64,000 nucleotides of DNA from Acidobacteriota bacterium (lineage in GTDB: Bacteria; Acidobacteriota; Thermoanaerobaculia; UBA5066; Gp7-AA6), in assembly GCA_020199905.1 (NCBI GenBank), contig JAIVJS010000075.1:4521-68520 (forward strand), written 5' to 3'. Below, in pieces: positions 1 through 8,998 of the stretch (positions within the stretch are counted from its first letter, which is position 1; each line of letters starts with the position of its first letter). The notes under the pieces were generated by a model. That model did no database searches and had not been told where the DNA came from. It saw only the letters and a program-made list of their open reading frames with translations. A program made the translations under genes and the position numbers.

Positions 1-225
1 TACTCCTATGCCGCGCCGGAGCCCAAAGGCTTTCGAGATCTTCCGGTCCGCCCGGCCGCGGCCCGCTTCGACAAGACGCTCGGCGAGTACCTGCTCCCCT
101 ACGAGGCCGTCGCGGCCGCGCCGGAGCCCGAGGCCGACGCCCTGGCTTTTTTTCAATCCACGTACGATGCCGCCGCTCAAACCGGCCGCTGGGACCGCCC
201 GAGCCTCGAACGCGGAAGATCCTGA
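1..225 (+). CDS. C-terminal fragment of a hypothetical protein (5' truncated by window edge)
   Basis: Frame 1 is open from the window start to TGA at 223-225. Translation YSYAAPEPKGFRDLPV...YEAVAAAPEPEADALAFFQSTYDAAAQTGRWDRPSLERGRS has protein-like, non-repetitive composition. No family recognised. Confidence 0.3.
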   Translation, partial: YSYAAPEPKGFRDLPVRPAAARFDKTLGEYLLPYEAVAAAPEPEADALAFFQSTYDAAAQTGRWDRPSLERGRS

Positions 226-247
226 CCGGGAGACTTCTTGGCCTTTT

Positions 248-325
248 CTCGACTCTCGACTCTGAACTCTCAACTTTCTTCTTGAGCGCTCATCGCATAA
301 CGCTCAGCGCTCAACTCTTTTCTTC
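248..325. repeat. Heptamer-periodic intergenic element with GAGCGCTC/AGCGCT palindromes
   Basis: TCGACTCTCGACTCTGAACTCTCAACTTTCTTCTTGAGCGCTCATCGCATAACGCTCAGCGCTCAACTCTTTTCTTC. Lies upstream of the first BNR gene. Confidence 0.5.
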
Positions 326-334
326 GGAGGCCAC

Positions 335-3300
335 GTGATCGGAACGCGCCGCGCCGCCGCGGGACTCATCGCCCTCGCCTGCATCGCCGCCTCGGCTTCG
401 GCGGCGGCTCCGCCGGATCCGCGACTCTTCTCCGAAATGCGTTGGCGGTGCATCGGCCCGTTCCGCGGGGGGCGGACCGTCGGCGCCGCGGGGATTCCCT
501 CGCAGCCGAACGTCTTCTTCATGGGTGTCAACAACGGCGGTGTCTGGAAGACCACCGACGCCGGGCGCACGTGGGCACCGATCTTCGACGATCAGCCGAC
601 CCAGTCGATCGGCGCCATCGCTCTGGCTCCGTCGAACCCCGACATCCTCTACGTCGGGAGCGGCGAGGGGCTCCAGCGGCCGGACCTCTCGACGGGCGAC
701 GGAATCTACAAATCGACCGATGGCGGGAAAAGCTGGATGCATCTCGGCCTCGAGGACGGGCAGCAGATCGGGGCCCTCCTCGTCGATCCCGGGAATCCCA
801 ACCGGGTCTTCGCCGCCGTTCTCGGCCATCCTTACGGGCCCAATCCGGAGCGCGGGGTCTTCCGGTCGACGGACGGCGGGCAGAGCTGGGAAAAGGTGCT
901 CTACAGGGACGAGAACACCGGCGCGATCGCGCTCGCGTTCGACCCGAAGAATCCGCAGGTGGTGTACGCGGACCTTTGGGCGGCCCGGCAGGCGCCCTGG
1001 GAAATCGGCGCCTCGTTCCAGGGGCCGGGAAGCGGGCTCTACAAGTCGACGGACGGCGGAACGACCTGGAAGCCGCTGACGGCCGGTCTCCCGACGCTCG
1101 CGGAGGGCCTCGGCCGCATCGGCATCGCCGTCGCACCGTCGGATCCGTCGCGGCTGTATGCCCAGGTCGACGCCGACGCCGCGCACGGCGGGACGTATCG
1201 GTCCGACGACGCGGGCGCCACGTGGCGGCGCGTCAACGCGGAGAACCGGATCTGGGGGCGTGGAGGAGACTTCGCCGAAATCAAGGTCGACCCGAAGAAT
1301 CCCGACGTCGTCTACGCGGCGAATACGTCCACGTACCGCTCCACCGACGGCGGCCGCACCTTCACGGCGATCAAGGGCGCGCCGGGAGGCGACGACTACC
1401 ACACGATCTGGATCAACCCCGACCACCCCGAGATCATCTTTCTCGCCGCCGACCAGGGCGCGACGATCTCGGTCAACGGGGGAAAGACGTGGAGCTCCTG
1501 GTACAACCAGCCGACGGCCCAGTTCTACCATGTGATCACGGACAACCAGTTTCCGTACCGCGTCTACGGCGGGCAGCAGGAGAGCGGTTCGGCGGGGGTC
1601 TCGAGCCGGAGCGACGACGGGTCGATCCACTTCGGAGACTTCCACCCGGTCGGCGTCGAGGAATACGGCTATGTCGCGCCGGATCCGCTGAACCCCGACA
1701 TCATCTTCGGCGGGAAGATCAGCCGCCACGACATGCGCACGGGCGACACCACCGACATCTCGCCGGCGCCCATCCGGGGCCAGTACCGCTTCGTTCGGAC
1801 CATGCCGGTGCTCTTCTCCCCTCTCGATCCCCACCTTCTCTATCTCGGCGCCAACGTTCTCTTCGCCACGCGCGACGGCGGCAACAGCTGGAGCGTTCTT
1901 TCGCCCGACCTGACGCGCGCCGCCTGGGAAATGCCCGCGAGCGTCGGCGTCTTCGCCCCGATGGATCCGGAGAAGGGGAAGCATCGCGGCGTGATCTACA
2001 CGATCGCGCCGTCCCCCAGGGAAGCCGGCCGGATCTGGGTCGGAACCGACGACGGGCTGATCCATGTGACGACGGACGGCGGTAAGACCTGGAAGGACGT
2101 CACGCCGAAGGCGCTGACGCCGTGGAGCAAGGTCTCCCTGATGGAGGCGTCTCACTCGGATCCCGCCGTGGCGTACGCCGCAATCAACCGCTTCCGACTC
2201 GATGACCTGCGCCCCCACATATACCGGACGCGCGACGGCGGCGCGACCTGGACGGAAATCGTCCGCGGGATCCCCGGCAACGAGGTGGTGAACGCCGTCC
2301 GCGAAGATCCGGAGCGCCGCGGGCTCCTCTTTGCCGGCACGGAGCGGGGCGTGTACGTCTCTTTTGACGACGGGGACGAATGGCGGTCCGTCCGGAACAA
2401 TCTCCCGGCGACCTCGGTCCGCGACCTCGTCGTGCATGGCGACGACCTGGTCGTCGGAACGCACGGGCGCTCCTTCTGGATCCTCGACGACATCACGCCT
2501 CTCCGCCAGATGGCGGCAGAGGCCGTCGCCGCGGAGGTCCATCTCTTCCGTCCGCAGGTGGCGACACGCGTCAAGCGGAGTCAATGGCCCGACACTCCCC
2601 TGCCCCCGGAGGAGCCGGCGGGTCAGAACCCTCCCGACGGGGCCATCGTGAACTACGTCCTGAAGTCGAAGCCGGCGCAGCCGGTCGTGCTCGAGATCCT
2701 CGACCCGGCGGGAAAGCTCGTCCGCCGCTTCACGAGCGCGGACCGTCCCGAGCCCGTGGATCCCGAGTTGAACGTCCCGACCTACTGGATCCGCCGCCCC
2801 GCGGTCCTCTCCGCCGAGCCCGGGATGCACCGGTTCGTGTGGGATCTGCACTATCCGCCTCCCGACGTGCTCGAGCACGAATACCCCATCTCGGCCGTGC
2901 CGGGCGACACGCCGCGGCATCCGGTCGGGCCGGCGGTTCTCCCCGGAACTTACACGGTCCGGCTGACGGCGAACGGGCGCGCCGTCACCGCCCCTCTCAC
3001 CGTGCGCATGGATCCTCGCGTGAAGACGCCGCCGGAGGGTCTCGCGCAGCGGTTCCGGCTGGCGACGGAAATCTCGGCCGCACTGTCACGCGACTCCGGG
3101 GCGCTCACGGAAGTGAAGGCGGCGCGGGCCAGGTTGAAGCCCGCCGCAGAAGCCGGCGCCCGAAAGGGATCTCCTTCGTCGTACGAGGCGGACCTGCTCG
3201 CCCTCGAAGGCTCGGGCGGAGGCCGCCGCGGCGCGAACCGGGACGATCTCTCAGGCCTGAACGGAAAGCTGGCCAGCCTCTACGCGGTCGTCGAAGGCTC

Positions 3301-3415
3301 GGAGACGTCCCCGACGACGCAGGCCGTGGCGGCGTGGAAGGAGCTGTCGGACTCGCTGGAGAAGACGCTGGCGCGCTGGGCCGAGGTGAAGAAGTCGGCA
3401 GGCGGGAGGCGGTAG
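335..3415 (+). CDS. Secreted sortilin/VPS10-like BNR (Asp-box) repeat beta-propeller protein (glycosyl hydrolase BNR / Ycf48-like family)
   Basis: 1026-aa ORF with GTG start preceded by GGAGG. N-terminal signal peptide MIGTRRAAAGLIALACIAASASAAAP. Many S-x-D-x-G-x-T-W Asp-box motifs (STDGGKSW, STDGGQSW, STDGGTTW, SDDAGATW, STDGGRTF, TRDGGNSW, TTDGGKTW, TRDGGATW). Paralog of 17136-20282. Confidence 0.8.
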   Translation: MIGTRRAAAGLIALACIAASASAAAPPDPRLFSEMRWRCIGPFRGGRTVGAAGIPSQPNVFFMGVNNGGVWKTTDAGRTWAPIFDDQPTQSIGAIALAPSNPDILYVGSGEGLQRPDLSTGDGIYKSTDGGKSWMHLGLEDGQQIGALLVDPGNPNRVFAAVLGHPYGPNPERGVFRSTDGGQSWEKVLYRDENTGAIALAFDPKNPQVVYADLWAARQAPWEIGASFQGPGSGLYKSTDGGTTWKPLTAGLPTLAEGLGRIGIAVAPSDPSRLYAQVDADAAHGGTYRSDDAGATWRRVNAENRIWGRGGDFAEIKVDPKNPDVVYAANTSTYRSTDGGRTFTAIKGAPGGDDYHTIWINPDHPEIIFLAADQGATISVNGGKTWSSWYNQPTAQFYHVITDNQFPYRVYGGQQESGSAGVSSRSDDGSIHFGDFHPVGVEEYGYVAPDPLNPDIIFGGKISRHDMRTGDTTDISPAPIRGQYRFVRTMPVLFSPLDPHLLYLGANVLFATRDGGNSWSVLSPDLTRAAWEMPASVGVFAPMDPEKGKHRGVIYTIAPSPREAGRIWVGTDDGLIHVTTDGGKTWKDVTPKALTPWSKVSLMEASHSDPAVAYAAINRFRLDDLRPHIYRTRDGGATWTEIVRGIPGNEVVNAVREDPERRGLLFAGTERGVYVSFDDGDEWRSVRNNLPATSVRDLVVHGDDLVVGTHGRSFWILDDITPLRQMAAEAVAAEVHLFRPQVATRVKRSQWPDTPLPPEEPAGQNPPDGAIVNYVLKSKPAQPVVLEILDPAGKLVRRFTSADRPEPVDPELNVPTYWIRRPAVLSAEPGMHRFVWDLHYPPPDVLEHEYPISAVPGDTPRHPVGPAVLPGTYTVRLTANGRAVTAPLTVRMDPRVKTPPEGLAQRFRLATEISAALSRDSGALTEVKAARARLKPAAEAGARKGSPSSYEADLLALEGSGGGRRGANRDDLSGLNGKLASLYAVVEGSETSPTTQAVAAWKELSDSLEKTLARWAEVKKSAGGRR

Positions 3416-3499
3416 GCGGGAGGCGGACGAAAGCCGGGAATCGGAAATCGGGACTCGAACGACGGAAATTGAAGAGGGGCCCGCCTCCCGCCTACCGCC
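3408..3499. terminator. Long perfect inverted repeat (19-bp GC-rich stem, ~54-nt loop) between convergent genes; candidate bidirectional terminator
   Basis: GGCGGTAGGCGGGAGGCGG at 3408-3426 is the exact reverse complement of CCGCCTCCCGCCTACCGCC at 3481-3499. The left arm overlaps the stop codon of the BNR gene. No U-tract, as is common in high-GC genomes. Confidence 0.35.
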
Positions 3500-3503
3500 C
3501 CGT

Positions 3504-3869
3504 CTAATATGGCATCTCCTCGTCCGACAGCCCCAGGACGTGCCCGATTTCGTGGACGACCGTGTCGCGGATCTCCCGGATCGCTTCTCCCTTCGAGCGG
3601 CAGGTCCGGAGGATCGGGCCCCGGAAGATCGCGATCTGGCCCGGCAAGTGCGAGACCGCGGACTGGCGGTCGAAGACGTCCATGCCGCGGAAGATGCCGA
3701 AGAGCTCGTCGTCGTCCGCGGTGTCGGTCTCCTCGTAGTCTTCGACGGCGGGCTCCTCTTCGACGACGACCACGACGTTCTCGATGTACCGGGCAAATGC
3801 GGGAGGGACCTGAGCCAGCGCTTCCTCGACGCAGGCGTCGAATTCGTCGGGAGAAAGGCGTGGCCTCAC
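3504..3869 (-). CDS. Zincin-like metallopeptidase family protein (DUF1025-like, HExxH)
   Basis: 121-aa ORF with HEIGHVLGLSDEEM motif near the C-terminus and an acidic central stretch, typical of small predicted Zn-metallopeptidases. Start overlaps the tatD stop by 4 nt. Confidence 0.6.
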   Translation of the reverse strand: MRPRLSPDEFDACVEEALAQVPPAFARYIENVVVVVEEEPAVEDYEETDTADDDELFGIFRGMDVFDRQSAVSHLPGQIAIFRGPILRTCRSKGEAIREIRDTVVHEIGHVLGLSDEEMPY

Positions 3870-4657
3870 GGGAGAAAGAGCGCGTCGAAATTCGAGGTGG
3901 TGGCGGAGGCCACCGCGGCGAGGTCCGTGCTCTGAGCCGCGGCCAGCGCCTTCGCGGTCTCGACGACGAACGCGGGCTCCCCGGGTTTCCCGCGATGCGG
4001 CACCGGCGCCAGAAAAGGCGTGTCAGTCTCGATCAGGAGGGCGTCGAGGGGCAGACCCGCCGCCGCGGCCCGGATGTTCTCCGCGGCGCGAAACGTGATC
4101 ATCCCCGAGAACGAAATCCTGTAGCCGAGGTCGATCGCCTTTCGGCCGTATTCCGCCGTCTCCGTGAACGAGTGATGAACCCCGGGCCGCTCGCGCGGTG
4201 GCTGGCGCGAAAGAAGCGCGTACATCTCGCCGCCGCTCTCCCGGTTGTGCAGGATGGCGGGCTTTCCGAGGCGGCGGGCGAGGTCCAGCATCCATTCGAG
4301 GACGGCGATTTGAATTTTTCGAGGGGAGAGGTCGTAGTGGAAGTCGAGGCCGACCTCGCCGATCGCGGCGGCCTTCGGGTCGCGGGCGAGCGCCTCGAGA
4401 AGCGGCCCATCCCGGTCAACGTCGAAGTCCTTCGCTTCGTGCGGATGGACGCCCACCGCCGCGACGACGTCTGAGTGACGACGCGCGATCGCGAGCGCCG
4501 CCTCGGAATCGGCCAGAGTCGTCCCGGGGACCAGAAAGCGCCCGACGCCGGCCGCGCGCGCCCGCGCGAGCAGCACGTCCGTAACGGCGGAGACGCCGTC
4601 CCGTCCCTCGAGCTGCAGGTGGCAATGCGAATCGGCCAGCACGAGACGGTCGCTCAC
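3866..4657 (-). CDS. tatD: TatD family hydrolase (metal-dependent DNase)
   Basis: DSHCHL motif near the N-terminus, plus further His/Asp-containing segments consistent with TatD. The listed ORF extends to 4696, but that N-terminal extension (SSQSRVESRETR) is a translation of the heptamer repeat. The likely true start is GTG at 4655-4657 (VSDRLVLADSHCHL). Confidence 0.75.
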   Translation of the reverse strand: MSDRLVLADSHCHLQLEGRDGVSAVTDVLLARARAAGVGRFLVPGTTLADSEAALAIARRHSDVVAAVGVHPHEAKDFDVDRDGPLLEALARDPKAAAIGEVGLDFHYDLSPRKIQIAVLEWMLDLARRLGKPAILHNRESGGEMYALLSRQPPRERPGVHHSFTETAEYGRKAIDLGYRISFSGMITFRAAENIRAAAAGLPLDALLIETDTPFLAPVPHRGKPGEPAFVVETAKALAAAQSTDLAAVASATTSNFDALFLP

Positions 4658-4666
4658 GCGGGTCTC

Positions 4667-4728
4667 CCTTGACTCAACTCGAGACTGAGAACTCAAGACT
4701 GAAAGCTGAGATCTGACAGCTGACAGCT
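4667..4728. repeat. Heptamer-periodic intergenic repeat element (CTGANAN units)
   Basis: TTGACTCAACTCGAGACTGAGAACTCAAGACTGAAAGCTGAGATCTGACAGCTGACAGCTCTAC. Its 7-nt periodicity and AT-richer composition contrast with the flanking CDS. It lies between the metG stop and the tatD start. Confidence 0.6.
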
Positions 4729-6720
4729 CTACTTCACCCGGCTGCCCGGCGGGACGTCGGACGCCACCTCCAGCAGGGACGGCTCTCCCGCCTCCCCCAC
4801 CGTCGCGGCGAGCACCATCCCGTTCGATTCGACCCCCATGAGCTTCGCGGGCTTCAGGTTCGCGACGATCACGACGTTGCGGCCGACCAGGGCCTCCGGC
4901 TCGTAGCGGGCGGCGATGCCGGCGACGATCTGCCGCTGCTCGGTCCCGAGATCGACCTGAAGCTTCATCAGCTTGTTCGATTTGGGAACCCGCTCGGCCG
5001 TGAGCACCTTTGCGGTGACGAGCCTGACCTTCTGGAACTCCTCGATTCCGATCCGGGCATCGGAGGTCGCGGGCGAGACGGCCTGGGTGGTCTCGACGCG
5101 CGGGGCCTCCGGCGTGGCGGCCGGAGCGGGGACGGAAGCGGCGGGAGGAGGGGTCGGTTTATCTTCCATGGGACTCTGCTCTCCTTTCAGATACGCGGCG
5201 ATGTCGGCGCGGGGGAAGAGGGCCGGCGACTCGGGAAGGGGCGCGCCCAGGACGAGGCCGCCCCAGCGGAGGTCGTGCTCGTCCGGGTCGCGCGGAGGAA
5301 GACCCAGGGTCTCGAAGATCTTCCGGGACGTCGCCGGAAGAAACGGCGAGAGGAGGACGGCCGCGAGCCGCACGCCCTCGGCCGCTCCGTAGAGGATCCT
5401 CTGAAGCCTGTCGGACGCGCCCTCCTCCTTCCGGATCTTCCAGGGCTCCCGGCTGACCACGTAGCCGTTGATCTGCGAGAGGAGCTTCCAGACCGCTTCG
5501 AGCGCGCGGTGGAACGCGAGCTCCTCCATCGCCTCCCGCCACTCCTTGCGGAGCGGCCGGTACGCGGTGTGGATCTCGTTGACGCCGCAGGGCACGGTGG
5601 GCGCAGACCCGAACGACTGCCGGCAGAGAGCGGCGACCCTCGAAACGGTGTTCCCGAGGTCGTTGGCGAGGTCCGCGTTGTACCGCACGAGGAAGGCCTC
5701 GTCGGAAAAGCTCGCGTCCTGTCCGAAGGCCATCTCGCGCAGGAGGAAATAGCGCACCGCGTCGGGGCCGAAGGTCGCGGCGAGCTCATCGGGGCGCACG
5801 ATGCCGCCCACCGACTTCGAGATCTTCTTCCCATCCCGCAGCCACCATCCATGCGCCCACACCGTCGTCGGAAGAGGAAGCCCGGCGGACAGCAGGAACG
5901 CCGGCCAGTAGACGGCGTGAAACCTCAGGATGTCCTTGCCGATCAGGTGGACGCGGCGGGATTCCGGATCGACCCAGAACTCCCGGTAGAGCCGGTCGTC
6001 CTCCGCTCCGAAACCGAGCGCGGTGATGTAGTTCGCCAGCGCGTCCAGCCACACGTAGACGACGTGCCCGGGATGGTTCGGAAACGGGATGCCCCACTGA
6101 AGCTTCGTGCGCGAGACCGAGAGGTCGTTCAATCCTCCGCGGATGAAGGACACGACCTCCGCGCGCCGCGTCTCGGGCCGGATGAACCCGGGGTGCGCTT
6201 CGATGTGGCGCAGGAGAGGCTCCGCGTACTTCGAAAGGCGGAAGAAGACGTTCTCCTCCGACTCCCAGGTGCAGACCGTGCCGTGGATGGGACATCGTTT
6301 CTCGGAGTCGAGCTCCTTCTCCGTGTAGAAGATCTCGCAGCCCGAGCAGTACCACCCTTCATGCCGCGCGGTGTAGAAGTCGCCCGCCGCTTCGATCTTC
6401 GAGATCAGGGCCGTGACGCCCTGCCGGTGCCGGGGCTCGGTCGTGCGAATGAAGTCGTCGTTCGCGATGTCGTACATCTTCCAGAGCTCTCCGTAGCGCG
6501 CCACCACCCGGTCCGCGAGCTCGATCGGGCGAAGGTTCTGCTCCGCGGCCGCCTTTTCGATCTTCTGCCCGTGCTCGTCGGTCCCGGTCAGAAAGCGCGT
6601 CGGGTCGCCGATCAGCCGGTGGAACCGCGTCAGGGCATCGCCGACGACGGTCGAATAGATGTGCCCGATGTGGGGCAGATCGTTGACGTAGTAGATCGGC
6701 GTGGTGGCGTAGAAGCGCAC
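4729..6720 (-). CDS. metG: Methionine--tRNA ligase with C-terminal tRNA-binding (EMAP/Trbp111-like) domain
   Basis: 663 aa. N-terminus MRFYATTPIYYVNDLPHIGHIYSTVVGDAL carries the class I HIGH motif. KISKS-type motif KKISKSVGG. Zinc knuckle CSGCEIF...CPIHG. C-terminal anticodon-binding-like tail (VTAKVLTAERVPKSNKLMKLQVDLGTEQRQIVAGI). Confidence 0.95.
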   Translation of the reverse strand: MRFYATTPIYYVNDLPHIGHIYSTVVGDALTRFHRLIGDPTRFLTGTDEHGQKIEKAAAEQNLRPIELADRVVARYGELWKMYDIANDDFIRTTEPRHRQGVTALISKIEAAGDFYTARHEGWYCSGCEIFYTEKELDSEKRCPIHGTVCTWESEENVFFRLSKYAEPLLRHIEAHPGFIRPETRRAEVVSFIRGGLNDLSVSRTKLQWGIPFPNHPGHVVYVWLDALANYITALGFGAEDDRLYREFWVDPESRRVHLIGKDILRFHAVYWPAFLLSAGLPLPTTVWAHGWWLRDGKKISKSVGGIVRPDELAATFGPDAVRYFLLREMAFGQDASFSDEAFLVRYNADLANDLGNTVSRVAALCRQSFGSAPTVPCGVNEIHTAYRPLRKEWREAMEELAFHRALEAVWKLLSQINGYVVSREPWKIRKEEGASDRLQRILYGAAEGVRLAAVLLSPFLPATSRKIFETLGLPPRDPDEHDLRWGGLVLGAPLPESPALFPRADIAAYLKGEQSPMEDKPTPPPAASVPAPAATPEAPRVETTQAVSPATSDARIGIEEFQKVRLVTAKVLTAERVPKSNKLMKLQVDLGTEQRQIVAGIAARYEPEALVGRNVVIVANLKPAKLMGVESNGMVLAATVGEAGEPSLLEVASDVPPGSRVK

Positions 6721-6735
6721 GGCTGGTTGCTGGGG

Positions 6736-6852
6736 GTTAAGCGTTGAGCGTTAAGCGTTGAGCGTCGAAGAGCCCCGGAACGAGACGCTCAACATACACC
6801 GAGTCGCGTCGACAGATCGACGCTCAACGCTCGTCGCTCGACGCTCAACTCT
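6736..6852. repeat. Heptamer-periodic palindromic intergenic element (GTTRAGC / GACGCTC units)
   Basis: Left arm GTTAAGCGTTGAGCGTTAAGCGTTGAGCGTCGAAG. Right arm GACGCTCAACGCTCGTCGCTCGACGCTCAACTC is its imperfect reverse complement, ~45 nt away. 7-nt phasing throughout. Lies between the metG start and the radC stop. Confidence 0.6.
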
Positions 6853-6853
6853 C

Positions 6854-7564
6854 TTACAGCAATCCTGCCTCGCGGAACGAGATGCAGCCGGAACGGCCGA
6901 CGACGATGTGATCGAGCAGCCGGACGCCGACCGACTCGGCGGCGGTTGCCAGCCGGCGGGTGAACTCGCGGTCTTCCCGCGATGGGGAGGGATCTCCCGA
7001 CGGATGGTTGTGGTACAGGATCACCCCCGCCGCGTTGGCCAGCAGGGCGCGCTTCAAGATCTCGCGCGGTTCGACGACGGCGCGATCGAGCGTGCCCCGG
7101 TAGATGTCCGGATCGTCTTTCAGGAGCCGGTTCCTCGCGTTGACGAACAGCGCGCCGGTCCGCTCCTGCGCGCCGTCTCCGCGGGCCCGGCGGAGATACT
7201 CCTTGACGAGATTCGGCTCGTGAAACAGGTCGCGCGGCGCGATCGCCTCGGTCGAAAGGCGCCGGCCGAGCTCGAGCGAGGCTTCGATGACCGCGGCGCG
7301 CGCGCCCTTGATCCCGCGCTCGCGGCGCAGCTCGGCGCCCGACATTCCGGCGAGCGCCACCAGGCCGCCATGATCGGCGAGGAGACTCCGGGCGCGGTCG
7401 AGAGCGTTCTCGCCGCGGGTGCCGGACCCGAGCAGCAGGGAGAGGAGCTCCTCGTTCGAAAGAGCGGCGGCGCCCACGCGCGCGAGACGCTCTCTGGGAC
7501 GCTCGTCGCAGGGAAGATCGCGGATTCGGAGAACAGGGCGTCGGGGAGACGTGATTTCGGTCAT
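6854..7564 (-). CDS. radC: DNA repair protein RadC (JAB/MPN domain)
   Basis: C-terminal JAMM motif GVILYHNHPSGDPSPSREDREFTRRLATAAESVGVRLLDHIVVG. N-terminal HhH-like segment SNEELLSLLLGSGTRGENAL. The long ORF starts at 7678, but a start at MTEITSP (7564) matches normal RadC length. Confidence 0.8.
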   Translation of the reverse strand: MTEITSPRRPVLRIRDLPCDERPRERLARVGAAALSNEELLSLLLGSGTRGENALDRARSLLADHGGLVALAGMSGAELRRERGIKGARAAVIEASLELGRRLSTEAIAPRDLFHEPNLVKEYLRRARGDGAQERTGALFVNARNRLLKDDPDIYRGTLDRAVVEPREILKRALLANAAGVILYHNHPSGDPSPSREDREFTRRLATAAESVGVRLLDHIVVGRSGCISFREAGLL

Positions 7565-7676
7565 GGCGTGCGGTCGGAGAGCCCGCGCTCGCCCGGTGAG
7601 GAGGAGGCGATCATGGCACGGATCTGGCGAAAGGCGAAGGGAGGACGGAAGGGCGGGACAGCAGGAGGGCGTGACC

Positions 7677-7886
7677 ATGCAGTTTCCGATCCGAGGCTTG
7701 CTGATGGCGGCGGGCGTGCTGCTGGTCGCCGCGGCCGTGCTGTGGCCGGTCCTCTCCCGCTATGTCGGGCGCCTGCCCGGCGACTTGCTGGTGCGCCGGG
7801 GTAGCTGGACGTTCGCCTTCCCTCTCGTCACCTGCCTGCTGCTGTCGCTGCTGTTCTCTCTCGCCCTCTGGCTCTTTCGGAGATGA
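7677..7886 (+). CDS. DUF2905 family small membrane protein
   Basis: MQFPIRGLLMAAGVLLVAAAVLWPVLSRYVGRLPGDLLVRRGSWTFAFPLVTCLLLSLLFSLALWLFRR. Two hydrophobic helices and the conserved LPGD...RRG...F.FP motif. Upstream ORF sequence is low-complexity. Confidence 0.6.
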   Translation: MQFPIRGLLMAAGVLLVAAAVLWPVLSRYVGRLPGDLLVRRGSWTFAFPLVTCLLLSLLFSLALWLFRR

Positions 7887-8997
7887 GGCGCCGGTAGAGG
7901 GCCTCGACCCGGTCGAGTCGCACTTCGGAGGAGAAACCGGCCTCGACCCGCGCGCGGGCACTCCGTCCCAGCGAGGCCGCCAGCGCCGGGTCCGCCAGGA
8001 GGCGCCGGACCGCCGCCGCCATCGCCGGCGGATCTCGCGGGGGGACGAGCAGGCCGGACTCGCCGTCGACGACGAGCTCGGGATTTCCCCCGGCGGCGCT
8101 CCCGAGCACCGGCTTGCCGAGCGCCATGGCCTCGCGCAGCGTCCCCGTCACTCCAAGCCCTTCGTATGAGAGGTCGGCCACCATGTCCGCGGCCGCCAGC
8201 ACGTCGGGCATGTCGGACCGGAAACCGATCGGCCGCACCCGGTCTTCGACGCCCTGCGCGCGGGCAAACGCGAGGACGTCGGCCTTCTTCGCCTCGTCCT
8301 CACACGCCACGATCGCCGTGCGCAACCGGGGAAACTCCGGCGCGAGGAGAGCGGTCGCGGACACCAGGTCTCTCCAGCCTTTCCACTCCCGCGCGCCGAC
8401 CTGGACCAGCAGCGTGTCGCCCGGCGAGACGCCCCACTCGCGGCGGACTCTCGCCCCGTCCGTCTTGCCGGGATCGAACACCGAGAGGTCCACGCCGGCG
8501 TAGATCACGTGGACGATTCCGGGCGCGAGCCGGCCCGACTTCACGATGACACGTTTAATGTCCTCGCAGACCGTGACGACCGCGTCCATCCGAACGTGGA
8601 ACTTGATCCGATTGAAGACGTCGAGAGGGAACGAGACCCCGCGATTCACGACCAGCACGGGCCGGCGGCGCGAGAAGAGAGTCGAGAAGAGCGCGATCGA
8701 GTGGGCGATTCCCTTGTGCACGTGGATGACGTCCACCTCCCGCTCGTCGACCAGAGCCGCGAGCTTCCGCGCGCTCGCGAAGTCGAACTCGTGCTTCAAC
8801 GGAAGGGCGTGAAAGTCCAGCCCCTCCGCTCGCGCCTTTCCCGGAACTTCGCCGGCGTCGCGGGTCACGATCGCGACGCGGTGCCCGCGGCGCGAGAGAC
8901 CCCGCGCCAGCTGGAACATCTGCACGACGCTTCCCGTGGAGAACAGACCCTTCTCGAGGATCTGGAGAATCGAAAGGGGCGGAGCGGCGGGCGGCAT
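7828..8997 (-). CDS. Glycosyltransferase family 4 (GT-B, glycosyl transferase group 1)
   Basis: N-terminal ILQILEKGLFSTGSVVQMFQLARGLSRRGHRVAIVTR (GT4 N-domain). C-terminal EGLGVTGTLREAMALGKPVLGSAAGGNPELV (E-x7-E region). Start could also be 9036. Confidence 0.8.
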   Translation of the reverse strand: MPPAAPPLSILQILEKGLFSTGSVVQMFQLARGLSRRGHRVAIVTRDAGEVPGKARAEGLDFHALPLKHEFDFASARKLAALVDEREVDVIHVHKGIAHSIALFSTLFSRRRPVLVVNRGVSFPLDVFNRIKFHVRMDAVVTVCEDIKRVIVKSGRLAPGIVHVIYAGVDLSVFDPGKTDGARVRREWGVSPGDTLLVQVGAREWKGWRDLVSATALLAPEFPRLRTAIVACEDEAKKADVLAFARAQGVEDRVRPIGFRSDMPDVLAAADMVADLSYEGLGVTGTLREAMALGKPVLGSAAGGNPELVVDGESGLLVPPRDPPAMAAAVRRLLADPALAASLGRSARARVEAGFSSEVRLDRVEALYRRLISERARGRERTAATAAGR

Positions 8998-8998
8998 C

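Noticed and set aside
311-2920. 869-aa ORF on the minus strand
   Set aside because: Antisense to the well-supported BNR gene. Arg/Gly/Asp-rich low-complexity translation typical of spurious frames in ~70% GC DNA.
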